Shown here: positions 8,652 to 19,649 of the stretch, piece after piece
How positions within the stretch are numbered: the first letter of the stretch is position 1
Layout: the number at the start of each line of letters is the position of its first letter
Origin: an uncultured delta proteobacterium
Lineage (GTDB): Bacteria; Myxococcota; Kuafuiibacteriia; Kuafuiibacteriales; Kuafuiibacteriaceae
Reading direction: 5' to 3'
DNA length: 64,000 nt
NCBI GenBank assembly: GCA_963803435.1
Contig: CAWDML010000008.1
Location: forward strand, 256,001 to 320,000
Program-made: the position numbers and the translations under genes
The notes under the pieces: generated by a model
The model's database searches: none
What the model saw: the letters and a program-made list of their open reading frames with translations, nothing else
Told to the model about the DNA's origin: nothing

Positions 8652-10021
8652 TCAGCGCAGCGCAACTGGCACCCCTCTCGACCTCGGCCCACAAGGGCAC
8701 GATGCGCGGCCACCCGCTCCTGGGAAACCTGCTCGGCATGCGCAAGGACCCGGTGGGAATGTTCATGCAGGCCGGGCGGCTGGGCGAGATCGTCCACCTC
8801 CACTTTCCCGCCCGCACGGCCCACCTCCTGACGCGCTCCGAGCACATCAAGCAGGTCTTCGTCGACAACCACAAGAACTACGGGAAGCAGACGCGCGGCT
8901 ACGCGGTCCTCCGCGTCGGGCTCGGCAACGGGCTCCTGACCAGCGAGGGTGAGTTCTGGAAGCGCCAGCGCCGGATCGCGCAGCCGACGTTCCACCACGG
9001 GCGCATCGCCGGGTTCGGCCGCACGATGACCGACTGTACGGAGTCGATGCTGGAGCAATGGTCCACGCGGCGAACCGGGGCGCCGCTCGATCTGGCGGCG
9101 GAGATGATGGCGCTGACGCTCAAGATCGTGGGCTTCTGTCTGATGAGCACCGATCTCTCCGACGAATCGGACCGCGTCGCGGGCGCGCTGAGTCAGCTCC
9201 TCCACCTCACGGTCGACCGCATCACACGCCCGCTGGCGCCGCCGATGTTCGTCCCCACGCCCAAGAATCGCGCCTACAAGAAGGCGATCGGCGCGCTCGA
9301 CAGCGTGGTCTTCGACATCATCCGCGAGCGACGAGGTCTCGACGAAGAGCACCACGATCTCCTCGACATGCTGATGCGCGCCAAGGACGAGGAGACCGGC
9401 GAGGTAATGACGGACCGACAGCTGCGGGACGAAGTGCTCACGCTGGTGCTGGCGGGGCACGAGACCACCGCCAACGCCCTCAGCTGGACCTTCTTCCTGC
9501 TCTCCCGCAATCCGGCGGCGCGGGCCCGGCTGGAGCAGGAGGTCGACGCGGTGCTGGGCGATCGGACCCCCGGCCTGGAGGATCTCCCGTCGCTCCGATA
9601 CACGGACGCCGTGATCAAGGAGTCGATGCGCCTGTTCCCGCCGGCCTGGCTGACGGCGCGCAGCGCGCTCGAGGACGACGAGATCGGCGGCGTCGCCATC
9701 CCGAAGGGATCGATGGTGTTCCTCAGCCCGTACGTGACCCAGCGCCTGCCGTGCTACTTCGAGAACCCCGAGGGCTTCTTTCCGGAGCGGTTCCTCGATC
9801 CGAAGATCGAGGAGCTCCCGAAGTACGCGTACTTTCCCTTCGGAGGCGGGCCGCGCGTCTGCATCGGCAACGGGTTCGCGATGATGGAGGCCAAGCTGCT
9901 GCTGGCCCACATCGCCCGGCGGTGGCGGCTCGATCTGGTCCCGGGCCATCCCGTGGTCCCGGAGGCGGTGGTCACGCTGCGGCCCAAGTACGGCCTTCAG
10001 ATGGTGGCGCAGGCTCGCTGA
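8648..10021 (+). CDS. Cytochrome P450
   Basis: I-helix LAGHETTA, ExxR (KESMRL), PERF, heme ligand FGGGPRVCIG. Start moved to ATG 8648. Confidence 0.95.
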   Translation: MVSAAQLAPLSTSAHKGTMRGHPLLGNLLGMRKDPVGMFMQAGRLGEIVHLHFPARTAHLLTRSEHIKQVFVDNHKNYGKQTRGYAVLRVGLGNGLLTSEGEFWKRQRRIAQPTFHHGRIAGFGRTMTDCTESMLEQWSTRRTGAPLDLAAEMMALTLKIVGFCLMSTDLSDESDRVAGALSQLLHLTVDRITRPLAPPMFVPTPKNRAYKKAIGALDSVVFDIIRERRGLDEEHHDLLDMLMRAKDEETGEVMTDRQLRDEVLTLVLAGHETTANALSWTFFLLSRNPAARARLEQEVDAVLGDRTPGLEDLPSLRYTDAVIKESMRLFPPAWLTARSALEDDEIGGVAIPKGSMVFLSPYVTQRLPCYFENPEGFFPERFLDPKIEELPKYAYFPFGGGPRVCIGNGFAMMEAKLLLAHIARRWRLDLVPGHPVVPEAVVTLRPKYGLQMVAQAR

Positions 10022-10028
10022 GCACCGC

Positions 10029-10365
10029 TCAGTCGCGGATGCGATCGCTGAAGTTCGGGACCGAGGAGGCGTCGTCGGCGCGCATGAACTTCTTCTCGCC
10101 CTCGGCCGCCGTCACGTTCTCGTAGACGCCCTTCTCGCGGCGCACCAGCTTGGTGAAGCCGAGCTCCTTGAGCTTGGCGTTCCCCGCCGGCATCGCCAGG
10201 CCAACGGGGTAGAGGATGCGCTCGACCGGCGCGTCGGCAGGCGTCTCTCCAAGGGGCCGCCCGGCCAGCTCGCACACCTCGCTCCAGCGCGAGATCGACC
10301 CGCATCGAATGGGTGACCTCGAGCGTCTCGCCGTTCTGGGCGCAAAAATAGGCATACGTGGGCAT
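10029..10365 (-). CDS. FmdB-like zinc-ribbon regulatory protein (frameshifted near 10290)
   Basis: MPTYAYFCAQNGETLEVTHSM in one frame continues as RWSEVCELAG...KLKELGFTKLVRREKGVYENVT in another. Confidence 0.75.
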
Positions 10366-10414
10366 ATCGGCCTTTCTTTGTGGCACGAAGCCGCGACCCT
10401 GCGCAATGGCGGTC

Positions 10415-11221
10415 TCAGCGGACGATCGATCCGGACGACCGGCCGGCGGCGGTGCGGGCCAGCGCCTCGGTGATCCGCACGCGCACGTCGCTCTCGAAGT
10501 GATCGCGATGAACGGCGTCGAAGGCGAAGCCTCGCACCCTCAGCTTCATCTCCTCCTGGATCGCGTGGGCCAGAAAGACCTCGGGCCGGCGGCGCGGGGA
10601 CGCATACATCGAGAGGGCGGCGGCGATGCGGGCCGTCTCTTGGGCCTCGAACGGATCGATCCCGAGGGGGATGGCGATCTCGAGCTCACAGGCGGCGTCG
10701 GCCCCCGACCCGGTGAAGTTGGTGACCGGACGCATGAGGAGGCGATCGTTCGGGATGTCGTGGACCGTCCCGTCGATCGCGCGCATCCGGACCGACCTCA
10801 GACCCCAGGCCTCGATCTCTCCTTCCAGACCGTCGACGCTGATCGAGTCGCCGATCTCCAGGCGTCGCTCGAAGAGGAGCGCGACGCCGGCGAGCACGTT
10901 CTTGATGAAGCCGAGCCCGCCGATCAGCACCGCGACCAGGATCAGGAGGCCGGCCGGACGCCACGCCGGAGGCAAGAGGTGCCCGATCAGAAACACCGTG
11001 GTGAGCGCGACGATGGCCCAGGCGAGCAGCTGCGCAGGACGGACCCAGGCGTGCGGGGGAGAGCCGGTCGCGCGGCGCGTCCTCCGGACCAGCTGGAGGA
11101 AGCCGATCGCCACCAGGAGAAGGAGCACGGCCGACCAGCCCCGATCCGGCGCCGAGAGCTGCACCTGCTCGAGGAGCGGCGGCCCCAGCGGGATGAGGGG
11201 CTCGCTGACCTGGTCGTTCAC
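10415..11221 (-). CDS. MscS-family mechanosensitive channel domain protein
   Basis: 3 TM segments, then IKNVLAGVALLFERRLEIGDSISVDGLEGEIEAWGLRSVRMRAIDGTVHDIPN; GTG start overlaps upstream TGA. Confidence 0.85.
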   Translation of the reverse strand: MNDQVSEPLIPLGPPLLEQVQLSAPDRGWSAVLLLLVAIGFLQLVRRTRRATGSPPHAWVRPAQLLAWAIVALTTVFLIGHLLPPAWRPAGLLILVAVLIGGLGFIKNVLAGVALLFERRLEIGDSISVDGLEGEIEAWGLRSVRMRAIDGTVHDIPNDRLLMRPVTNFTGSGADAACELEIAIPLGIDPFEAQETARIAAALSMYASPRRRPEVFLAHAIQEEMKLRVRGFAFDAVHRDHFESDVRVRITEALARTAAGRSSGSIVR

Positions 11222-14200
11222 AGCAGGTTCATCCTCCGGAGCTCCCGCGCCGCCAGCCCCTCCGCGAACGGCTTGAGCCGATAGCTGCCGGCGATGCCGA
11301 ACGGTTCGACGAAGCCGAGGCGCTCCAGGTGTCCGAGCTCGGTCCGGATGTGCTCTGCCTCCGCGCGCACGATCTCCTCCAGCTGGGACAGCGACAGCGC
11401 GCTGTGCTGGATCAACGCCGCCAGCAGCAGCTGCTTGCGGAGCGACAGGCCCTGGACCAGGTCCGGCTCGATGGCGACCGGGTCGAGATGGATCATGCTG
11501 TCGTCGGTGGCGTCGATGCGGGCGGCGTCCAGCCAGAACAGGAGCGCCATCAGCGGGTTGCCGCCGCTCTCCTCGGTGAGCCGCGAGAAGAAGTGCTGGC
11601 GGGGCCGGCGCAGGCGGTCGGAGGTGCTCACGGGCTTGGTCAGCCAGTGCAGCAGGCGCGGCCGCGTGCGCTCGTAGGAGGCGTGAAAGCCGCTGACCCG
11701 GTGGCGGCGGAGGATCATCTCTTCCACCTGCGAGATCTGGAACGCCTCCACCTCGAACGTATGCGTGAAGTAGTCGAAGAGCCCGAGCATGGTCTCGAGC
11801 CAGCTGGCCGCGGGAGCGCCCATCAAGACGATCCACAGCACGTGGTTGCTGGTGGTCCCGGTCAGGTTCAAGAAGCGCCGCGAGATGTTCATTCCCTCCT
11901 CGGAGCGCCAGAACAGCTTCTCGCCGTTCTCGATCACGATGATCCTTCGCTCCTGATTGGCCTGGATCAGACGGCCGAGCGAGTCGAAGGAGGAGGAGGG
12001 AGGATCGCTGAACCTCCCGCCGAGCTGGCGGGCCAGGTCCACCTCCGTCGACGACTCCTCGTCGAAGAGGATCGAGACGGTTGGGATCTCGGCGATGTCC
12101 GACTGGCCGAGCTGTGCGAGCACGTGCTGGACGAGCGAGCGCTTCCCGGCGCCGCGGTCGCCGTGGATCAGGATCGACGCCGGCGTGCCCTCCGCCCACT
12201 GGCGGATCGCATCCGAGAGGGTGGCTTCGAGCTCGGGACGGCTCACGTAGAACTCCGCGATCTCGAGGGGCGCCGGGGCGAAGATGCGACGATACGCGGC
12301 CGGGATGCTCTTGTCGGGCGTGCGCAGCTCGGGGCGCAGGCGCACGCGCACCTCGGCGGCCCGCAGCGGACGCTGCTCGTCGACGAGGAGGCGACGCAGG
12401 TCGTCGAGCGCCTCGCGCAACGTGGGCGAGAGGCGTCGATACAGGTAGCGGACCAGCCCGGTGAGCAGCCGGAATCTGACGCGAGGCCCAGCTCTCGCCT
12501 CGCTCCCGGAGCGCCGCGGCCGCCCGGCGCGCCGCCACCCGGCGGATCTCCTCGAGCCGGTGATCGCGCAGCGGTTGGACCGTCTGCTCCACCAGCGCGT
12601 CGGTCTCGCGAAGCAGCCACTCGCCTGCCTCGTCGAGCTTTCTCTGGAGGGAGTCGGAGGCCTCGCCGATCATGCGGAGGGCGCGCTGCAGGCCGCCCGA
12701 AGCGAGCTCGGCCCGGGCGGTGGCGTCTTCGTCGTCGCGCTGCGCCGCCAGCAGGTTGAACTCGAGAACCTGCTCGATCTCCTCCAGCGCCTCGAGCGTC
12801 GAGCGCATCGCGTCCTGAACGCGCTCGCGCAGCTCGACCAGCCGCAACCCCACCTCGCGGGCCAGGCTCGACATGAACCACTCGCGTACCGGGACCGCGA
12901 CCGTGGACTTGCTCTCGTGTGCGGCTTCAGTCACGGGACTGTCGGTGGGGAGGCGAAGCTCGACCGAGAGCGCGGCGATCCGGACCACCAGCAGCTCGTG
13001 GAGCTCACGTCCGGCAGCGGCCTGGCCGAAGGCATAGAGGATCTGCTCGACGCGCCGGACCGTGCGCGCGACCGCTGGCTTGATCCATCGGCTCAATCCG
13101 GTCGCCCAGTCCTTCTCCCCGTTCTTCGAGAGCTCTTCGCCGTCGAGCAGGCGGCGGCAGAGCTCCTGGGTGGCGTCGAGCTCGCGGCGGCAGGGGTCGA
13201 GCACCTGGCGCGCGAGGAGCTCCGTCAGCTTGCCGCGGTACCGCTTCCACCAGTCGACGAACAGGCTCACCTGGTGGCGGAGCACGATCCATCCGCGCAG
13301 GCCCGCCGCGATCTCGTGCTCCTGTCGGATCCGCGTGCGGAGGCGTTGCTCGGCCCGGCGCGCCCAATCGAAGCGCGCCGAGGCGCGGTACTGGAACGCC
13401 GGCAGCTCGAGCGTGCCGGCGCGCTCGGCGGCGGCGATGAAGTCGGCGAAGGGGACACCCAGGCTGCGGCTGAAACGATCGAGCGCGATCCCCCGTGAGC
13501 TCTCCAGCTTCGCGCGGAGCGCGGCCATGCTCTTGGCCAGGGCTTCGCTCTTCTCGAGGCTCGGATCGGGATCGGCGAAGCGCTCCTCCACCGCACGAAC
13601 GTGGTCGACCAGCGCCCGCCAGAGCGCCTCGTTCTCCAGCGCGGCCGACTCGGCGGCGCGCGACAGCGAGATCGGAATCGCGAGCTCGACGTAGAAGCGC
13701 CACAGCTTGCCCAGCGGCACGGTGCGGATGCCCTTGCCGCGGACGAAGCGGCGAATGCGGCGCAGCAGCTTGACGAAGCGGGTGAGGCCGCGATCTCCGG
13801 GTCGCGCCTCGAAGAGGTGGGCCTCGCCGGGGATCCGGTAGACGCGGCTGAACGGCTCGAAGCCGCGCACCTCGTGGAGCAGGCGATCGATTGCGGCCTC
13901 GTCAATCGCGAGCGGAGAGACGCGCTCGAGCACGCTGATGCCGTGCTGGACGTCCCGCTCGTACTCGGCTCGGGTGGGCTCGTCCGACGACAGCGCCTGC
14001 GCCAGCGACTTCTCCAGGTGATCGAACGCCGCGCGCAGGCGGGCGGCCCGCGCCTCGATCGGATCGACGATCACGAAGCGATGGAGGTTGGCCAGGTGGT
14101 CGCGGATCACCGTCATCCGGCCGTTGAGCGCGTCGCTCTCGAAGCTCGCCACCGGCAGCTCGGGAGCCTCCGACTCGACGTCGGCGGTGTAGCGCGGATC

Positions 14201-15601
14201 GATGGTCTCGGCCTCGGCGCGGTGGACGGCGCGGGCGTGCTCGGTCTCGCCGGAGCCGTCGAGCGCGCGCTTGAGGAGAGGCGGGCCCAGGATGATGTGG
14301 ATGACGACCATGCTCATGATCACCATCTGAAAGTCGCGGCCCCAGGTGGGGATGCTGGCCGCGACCAGGCCGGCCAGCACCAGATCGACGCTGCCGCGGG
14401 AGAAGAGGCAGCTCCACAGCGAGCGCCGCATGACCTCGTTGACGCCAGTGATCGCACCCGCCAGACGGGTCGCGCCCACCAGCGAGACCGTGCGGAGCAC
14501 GGTGAGGACGAGCGTGAGATAGAGCGTGCCCTGCACCGCCACCGGATCGAGCTGGGCCGCCTGCGTCATGAAGTAGATGACGAAGACCGGGAGGCTGATC
14601 CGCTCGAGGGCCGAGATCATCTCCGGTCCGCGGCTCGAGAAGTTTTGCACCAGGAAGCCGGCCGTGAGGAACGCGAGCAGCGTCTCCGCGTGGAAGAGCT
14701 TGCACACGTAGGAGGCGGTGAAGATCAGCGCCACCGTGAAGAGGAGCTGCTCGCGCTTCACGAAGCGCAGGTAGATGATCGTGACCAGCCCGGTGATCAC
14801 GCCGATCAGGATCCCGGTGCCGAACTCCATGGCGACCGACGGCAGCGCGCTCAGCACGCCCGGCCCGGCGACGCCCTCCGGGACCATCAGCACCTTCGAG
14901 AAGTTGACGGCGATCAGGACCATGCCGACCAGGGCGATGTCTGCGAAGACCACGGTGCCGAGGACCAGCGAGGTGAGCGGGCCGCGCGCGCGGTTCTCCT
15001 GGAGCACGGCGATGGTGACGGTGGGGCTGGTGGCGGCGCCGAAGACGCCGCAGAACAGCGCGAACTGGAAGATGTCCTTGCTGGTCAGGTTGGCGGCGAA
15101 CGGCATGATCGACGGCACCCAGGCGGGGATGTGCCAGACCACGAGGAACGTCAGCGGGAAGACGAACGCGATGTTGAGGACCAGGATCGCGAGGATCGTG
15201 CGCAGGTTGCTCTTGAGCTCGCCGATCTTCAGCTCACCGCCGCCGAGCGTCCCGATCACGCCGACGATGACGACGTTGATCAGCTCGAGGTCGCTGATCA
15301 CACGCTTGCCGAAGAGGGCGGTCGGCTGGCCGGGAAGGATGGCGGCCAGGTTCGGACCGAAGAGGATGCCCGCGAAGATGTAGCCGAGGAGCGCCGGCAT
15401 GCGCATCAGCTGGAAGAACTCGCCCATGGAGAAGGCGGCGAGGATGATGAAGCCCGTCGCCGCCAGGCTCTTGGCGTTGTAGATACCGTCCTGCGCGCGT
15501 GCGGGCTCGTAGCGCTGCACGACCAACATGAGGCCCAGGAGCACGACCATCGTGCCCAGCAGCCAGAGCGGGGTGAGGAAGCGACCCTTCACCGACGTCA
15601 C
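11218..15601 (-). CDS. Cation:proton antiporter (CPA/Na+/H+ exchanger) fused to a long helical region, an AAA-type P-loop ATPase and a winged helix; frameshift near 12480
   Basis: N-terminal multi-TM CPA domain (PALLGYIFAGILFGP, GGELKI, ATSPTVTIAVLQE); Walker A IHGDRGAGKRSL; Walker B-like IIVIENGE; SGGNP; C-terminal wHTH. Joins part of ORF 10415..16546 to ORF 11218..12420. Confidence 0.75.
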
Positions 15602-16848
15602 TCCTTCACGAGCGCGACGTCGGTCGCGTCGATCACCCAGCGGCGAGCGGACTGATAGGCGATCGCCTCGCTGGCGAGGATCGAGAGGAGGATCAGGACG
15701 TAGAGCTCCGACGCCAGCGGCACGTGGCCAAACACGACGGTGAAGTTGAGCGCCATCGCGACGCTGAGTCCGCCGGGGGCCCACAGGACCGCGCCCACGG
15801 AGGGGAAGCCGCGCACGGCGGTGGAGACCCGCTTGGCCAGGAAGCCGCCGGCGCTGCGGCCGAGGGCCCGCAGGAGCAGGAACGGCGCGAACATGAGGTA
15901 GGCCCACCAGCGCACCTCGAAGCTGAGGCTGGCGCCGGCGAAGAAGAAGAGGACGATGTAGAGGGGCCGCTCCACCGAGGCCAGCATGCGCTCGACCTGG
16001 TCTCCCTTGATGACGGTGGCGAGCGTGAGTCCGACGAGAAAGTTGACGAAGATCGGCGAGACTTCGATGTAGAACGCGAGACCGCTGGTGAAGATGACGA
16101 TGCCGATGACGACGGTCAGGAGCTTGTCGTCCTCGTAGTCGCGCAGGAGGAAGGTCGCGAACATGATGCCGAGGATTCCGCCCACGGCCGCGTGGAGCAG
16201 GAGCCAGAAGAGGAACGACTGCGAGTCCTGGAACGCCGAGAACCCGAAGGCGCTCGCCGGCGGTTTCGAGGCGCAGAAGACGATCCCGAAGACCATCACC
16301 GCCAGAGACGAGCACACGCGCGCGGTCCCGGTGGCGATCTCGGTGCCTCCGCCGCTGGCGTCGAGATAGGCGACGAGCGAGCGCAGCGGGGCTGGATCGG
16401 CGACCAGCGCCACGGCTCCCAGACAGAGGAGGTGCGGGACGTAGGTCTTGGCGACGGCCGGCGAAAATCCGTAGGTGATGATCCCGAGCGGGAGCAGCGC
16501 GACCACGGCGAGCGTGGTGGCCGAGACGATCAGCGCAGCGCGCCACACCAGGCGGCGCGTGGGCCGGTTGAGGCGCACGTGCAGCCCGGCGAGGAGGCCC
16601 AGCGATCCGGTGCCGAGGACCAGCGCCGGGCTGAACTGCGCCACCGTGGTCTCGTCGAGCACGTGAAAGACGGGACCGACGATCGCGCCGAGCAGCATGT
16701 ACTCCACGCCGGTCACGATGCCGAAGCGCTTGGAGAGCCAGTCGGACAGGAGGTGCGTGACGAGATAGGCGGCGCTCACCACGCCGAGCAGGATCAAGAT
16801 GGGGCGGAAGGCCTCCGCGCCGGATACTTCAGCACCGAAGAAACCCAC
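15598..16848 (-). CDS. Cation:proton antiporter (CPA) family membrane protein
   Basis: About 12 hydrophobic helices; GVEYMLLGAIVGP, VSPIFVNFLVG, ERPLYIVLFFFAGA, APGGLSVAMAL. Confidence 0.8.
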   Translation of the reverse strand: MGFFGAEVSGAEAFRPILILLGVVSAAYLVTHLLSDWLSKRFGIVTGVEYMLLGAIVGPVFHVLDETTVAQFSPALVLGTGSLGLLAGLHVRLNRPTRRLVWRAALIVSATTLAVVALLPLGIITYGFSPAVAKTYVPHLLCLGAVALVADPAPLRSLVAYLDASGGGTEIATGTARVCSSLAVMVFGIVFCASKPPASAFGFSAFQDSQSFLFWLLLHAAVGGILGIMFATFLLRDYEDDKLLTVVIGIVIFTSGLAFYIEVSPIFVNFLVGLTLATVIKGDQVERMLASVERPLYIVLFFFAGASLSFEVRWWAYLMFAPFLLLRALGRSAGGFLAKRVSTAVRGFPSVGAVLWAPGGLSVAMALNFTVVFGHVPLASELYVLILLSILASEAIAYQSARRWVIDATDVALVKE

Positions 16849-16918
16849 GGCTAGAACGAATGTTCTACCCGAGCCCCCAATCCTGGACAAATTTCGGCGA
16901 GCGGTTAACGTCGCCTCT

Positions 16919-17413
16919 GTGCGTCCAGGGCCGCTCCTCCTGCTGCCGTTGCTGGCGGCCTGTGCGACCACTCAGAAAGGCGGGGATGAGGACACGCAGG
17001 TGTTCCTGCTGGAGGTTGTGACGCAGCACTGCAAGATCCCGCAGCTGAAGACCTTCTTCGAGTTCGACTCCGTTCACGTTGGCAGCGACAATCATGCGGC
17101 GCTCAACGCGCTGGCGAAGTGCCTCACCGACGGCCCGCTGAACCGCGCCAAGATCGAGCTGATCGGCCACTCCGATCCGGTGGGACCGGCCGGGTACAAC
17201 GAGAAGCTCAGCCTCCGTCGCGCCAAGGAGGTCGCGCGTTACCTGGCGAATCGCGGAGTGCCCGACGCGCGGATCTCGGTGCGGGCCGCCGGCGTCGACG
17301 AGGACGCGCCTGCGAACCGGATGGCGCGGCGGGTGGACATCCGGTTGATCGACTGCGCGATCGATCCCAAGCGACAGTGCGAGAGCGTCAGTCGTCCCAC
17401 ACCGAGCAAGTGA
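16919..17413 (+). CDS. OmpA/Pal-family peptidoglycan-binding lipoprotein
   Basis: Lipobox LLAAC; FFEFDS, LIGHSDPVG..YNEKLSLRRAKEV, ARRVDI. Confidence 0.9.
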   Translation: MRPGPLLLLPLLAACATTQKGGDEDTQVFLLEVVTQHCKIPQLKTFFEFDSVHVGSDNHAALNALAKCLTDGPLNRAKIELIGHSDPVGPAGYNEKLSLRRAKEVARYLANRGVPDARISVRAAGVDEDAPANRMARRVDIRLIDCAIDPKRQCESVSRPTPSK

Positions 17414-19241
17414 AGCCGTCTCTGAGCGCCTTTCCCACCACCACGAAGTAGGTGGGGAGACGGTGCGCGTCGGCGCGCTCGCGGACGTTGCGAAGGGTGC
17501 GGCTGATGCGACCGAACACGCCGTCATCGGGCTCCGCAGGGTCGGGGGGCTGGGGCGCGTTCTGCGGGTGGGGCCGTCCGAAGCGATCGAAGTGGATCCG
17601 GAAGCCGAGCGGCTCGTTCTGGGCGTTCGTCGGCAGGAGTGGGACCGGATCGTCGGCGTTGATGTAGCGGACGAACACGGTCTTCTTCTCCTTGGCGACC
17701 GCGGCCGCGGTGGTCGCCAGCGCCTTCTCGAACGTGTTGGGCCAGCCGCACGTGTACGCGTGATGGACGGGGATGTTCTGGTGGAGCGTGAGCCGGAGAT
17801 AGAGCATGGCCGCCAGCGAGGCGCCCAGGCTGTGGCCGGCGAGGACGATCTTCGGCGGCTCTTCGGGGAGGCCGGCAGCCTTGCGCTTCTCAGCGAGCGC
17901 GCCGGTGTACTCCTGGAACTTCGCGTCGAACGACGGTAGCAGGCTCTCGAACTGCTTGAGGAAGCCCGAAGGGACGCGACCCGGGATGCCGACGTGGCGC
18001 GCGTCGACCAGGATCGGGTTCATGTCGGCGAGCATGTCCTTGAAGGACTCGGTGCCGCGCCCGGCTGCGACGATGGTGTTCCGCTCGACGTCGTAGCCGA
18101 TCATCATCTGGGCGTCGGTCGCGGGAATGTCGAGCAGCGTCGCGTCCTCGAAGCCCCACGCCTTCGCGTAGTCGCGGACCGAGTCGGCGGGCCAATACGC
18201 GAGCTCCTGCGCCTGGAAGCAGAGGTTGCTCATTCGCGCGTCGAAGTCCTTGACGGTTGGGTCGTAGTCGAGCCGATGGCGTGCCAGGGCGACCTCGTTT
18301 CGGTCGGCCACCGCCAGGAGGATGCTCGCCTGCTGCGCCGAGAGGATGATGCACCGCTTGCCGTCCCGATCCACCAGCGACGCGGTCAGGTTCTCGGCGC
18401 CGCGCGACGCGAGTCGATCGTTCACCGCGTCCAGGATCAGCTGCTCCTTCGGCGTCCCCGGCTTCTTCGCCTCCAGCTCGGCGACCTCCTCCGAGACGCC
18501 TCGCATGCCGAGGTAGCCCTCGACCGGCATCACGAAGCAGTTCTGCTCGGGACCCACGCCGGGCAGGTTGTCTCGCCGGACGCAGATCCACGACGGATCC
18601 TGATAGAGCAGGGCGGTCCGCGGGCGGAGGAGCAACAGATCCATGATGAGCGCAGCGTCCGCCGCGGGCATGTGGACGACCTGCGCGCGGCTCCAGAGGG
18701 CGAAGCCTTCGCCGCGCACGTCGGGGTGGGCCACGCCGAGCTTCTTCAGCAGCTCCTGGAGGTCGTCCGTGACGTACCGGCCCTCGTTCCCCTCGATGAC
18801 CCCCCGCCACCCGTCGGACGGCATCGCGAACCGGATCTCACCGTCGATCTTCTGGAGGAACTTCCATCCGCTGGTGCTGTAGAGCTGCCGCGAGAGATCC
18901 TCGTACATCGTCGAGAAGCCGAGCTCGTCCCAGAGCGTGCCCGAGCGGTGCTCGTCGACGCTCTTCGCGATCTTCTGGATCGCCGGCGCGAGCGCCTCGG
19001 GATGGTCGAGACCGTCGGAGAGCACGGCCGGCTCGATCCCCTTGATGGCTTCGAAGAGATCGGGGTGCGTCTTCTGCAGCCATGCGAGCGCGGGATCGGC
19101 GAGATCACCGCTCCTCCGCGCGAAGTCCTGGAGCAGCGCCCCGATCTCCTCGCGTTCTCGGGCGGGCTGGGCATCGAAGCGATCCTCGGCGACGTCGGTC
19201 GCCAACCGATAGAAGGATCCTTCGTCGAGCGGCTTGATCAT
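17388..19241 (-). CDS. Class-3 lipase domain protein with an uncharacterised N-terminal region
   Basis: AGRGTESFKDMLAD, LAGHSLGASLA nucleophile elbow, RYINADDPVPLLP, C-terminal His (DAHRL); no signal peptide. Confidence 0.85.
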   Translation of the reverse strand: MIKPLDEGSFYRLATDVAEDRFDAQPAREREEIGALLQDFARRSGDLADPALAWLQKTHPDLFEAIKGIEPAVLSDGLDHPEALAPAIQKIAKSVDEHRSGTLWDELGFSTMYEDLSRQLYSTSGWKFLQKIDGEIRFAMPSDGWRGVIEGNEGRYVTDDLQELLKKLGVAHPDVRGEGFALWSRAQVVHMPAADAALIMDLLLLRPRTALLYQDPSWICVRRDNLPGVGPEQNCFVMPVEGYLGMRGVSEEVAELEAKKPGTPKEQLILDAVNDRLASRGAENLTASLVDRDGKRCIILSAQQASILLAVADRNEVALARHRLDYDPTVKDFDARMSNLCFQAQELAYWPADSVRDYAKAWGFEDATLLDIPATDAQMMIGYDVERNTIVAAGRGTESFKDMLADMNPILVDARHVGIPGRVPSGFLKQFESLLPSFDAKFQEYTGALAEKRKAAGLPEEPPKIVLAGHSLGASLAAMLYLRLTLHQNIPVHHAYTCGWPNTFEKALATTAAAVAKEKKTVFVRYINADDPVPLLPTNAQNEPLGFRIHFDRFGRPHPQNAPQPPDPAEPDDGVFGRISRTLRNVRERADAHRLPTYFVVVGKALRDGFTCSVWDD

Positions 19242-19507
19242 TGGGAGCCCAGCTTCATCTTCTCGACGACCTCGTCGAGGACCGAGAGCAGCGCGTTCCC
19301 GGCCTCGGGCGAGCCGCGCTCCTTCATGAGGTAGTAGGCGAACACGGAGAGCTTCTCGAGCGCGGTCCGTCGCTCGTCGGGCGTGAGGGCGAGGAGGCGT
19401 GGGGTGAGGAACCTGGGCGCCACGGGGAAGACGAAGCGCTTCGGCTCACCGGCGGTCGGGCGGAGCGCGTCGGCCAACTCTCGGACGATCTGGTCGGCGA
19501 CGCCCAC
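19238..19507 (-). CDS. Small helical hypothetical protein translationally coupled to the lipase gene
   Basis: 89 aa from GTG 19507 with GC-rich third positions; its stop overlaps the lipase ATG (ATGA). Confidence 0.6.
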   Translation of the reverse strand: MGVADQIVRELADALRPTAGEPKRFVFPVAPRFLTPRLLALTPDERRTALEKLSVFAYYLMKERGSPEAGNALLSVLDEVVEKMKLGSQ

Positions 19508-19649
19508 GGTGGACCTTATCGGTCGATCGACCGTGTCTGTTCGGCCCGAAGGGGAACGAAGTGCCAGTTCCCCCACATCGTCGTCGCACCTACACCGGAG
19601 CGGACGATTTCCGCGCGACGAATGGATGTGGACACCCGATAACGATCGT

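Noticed and set aside
10415-16546. 2043-aa ORF as one giant protein
   Set aside because: Chimeric: an off-frame shadow of the first antiporter, the real antiporter fusion up to the frameshift, an off-frame stretch, then the MscS gene.
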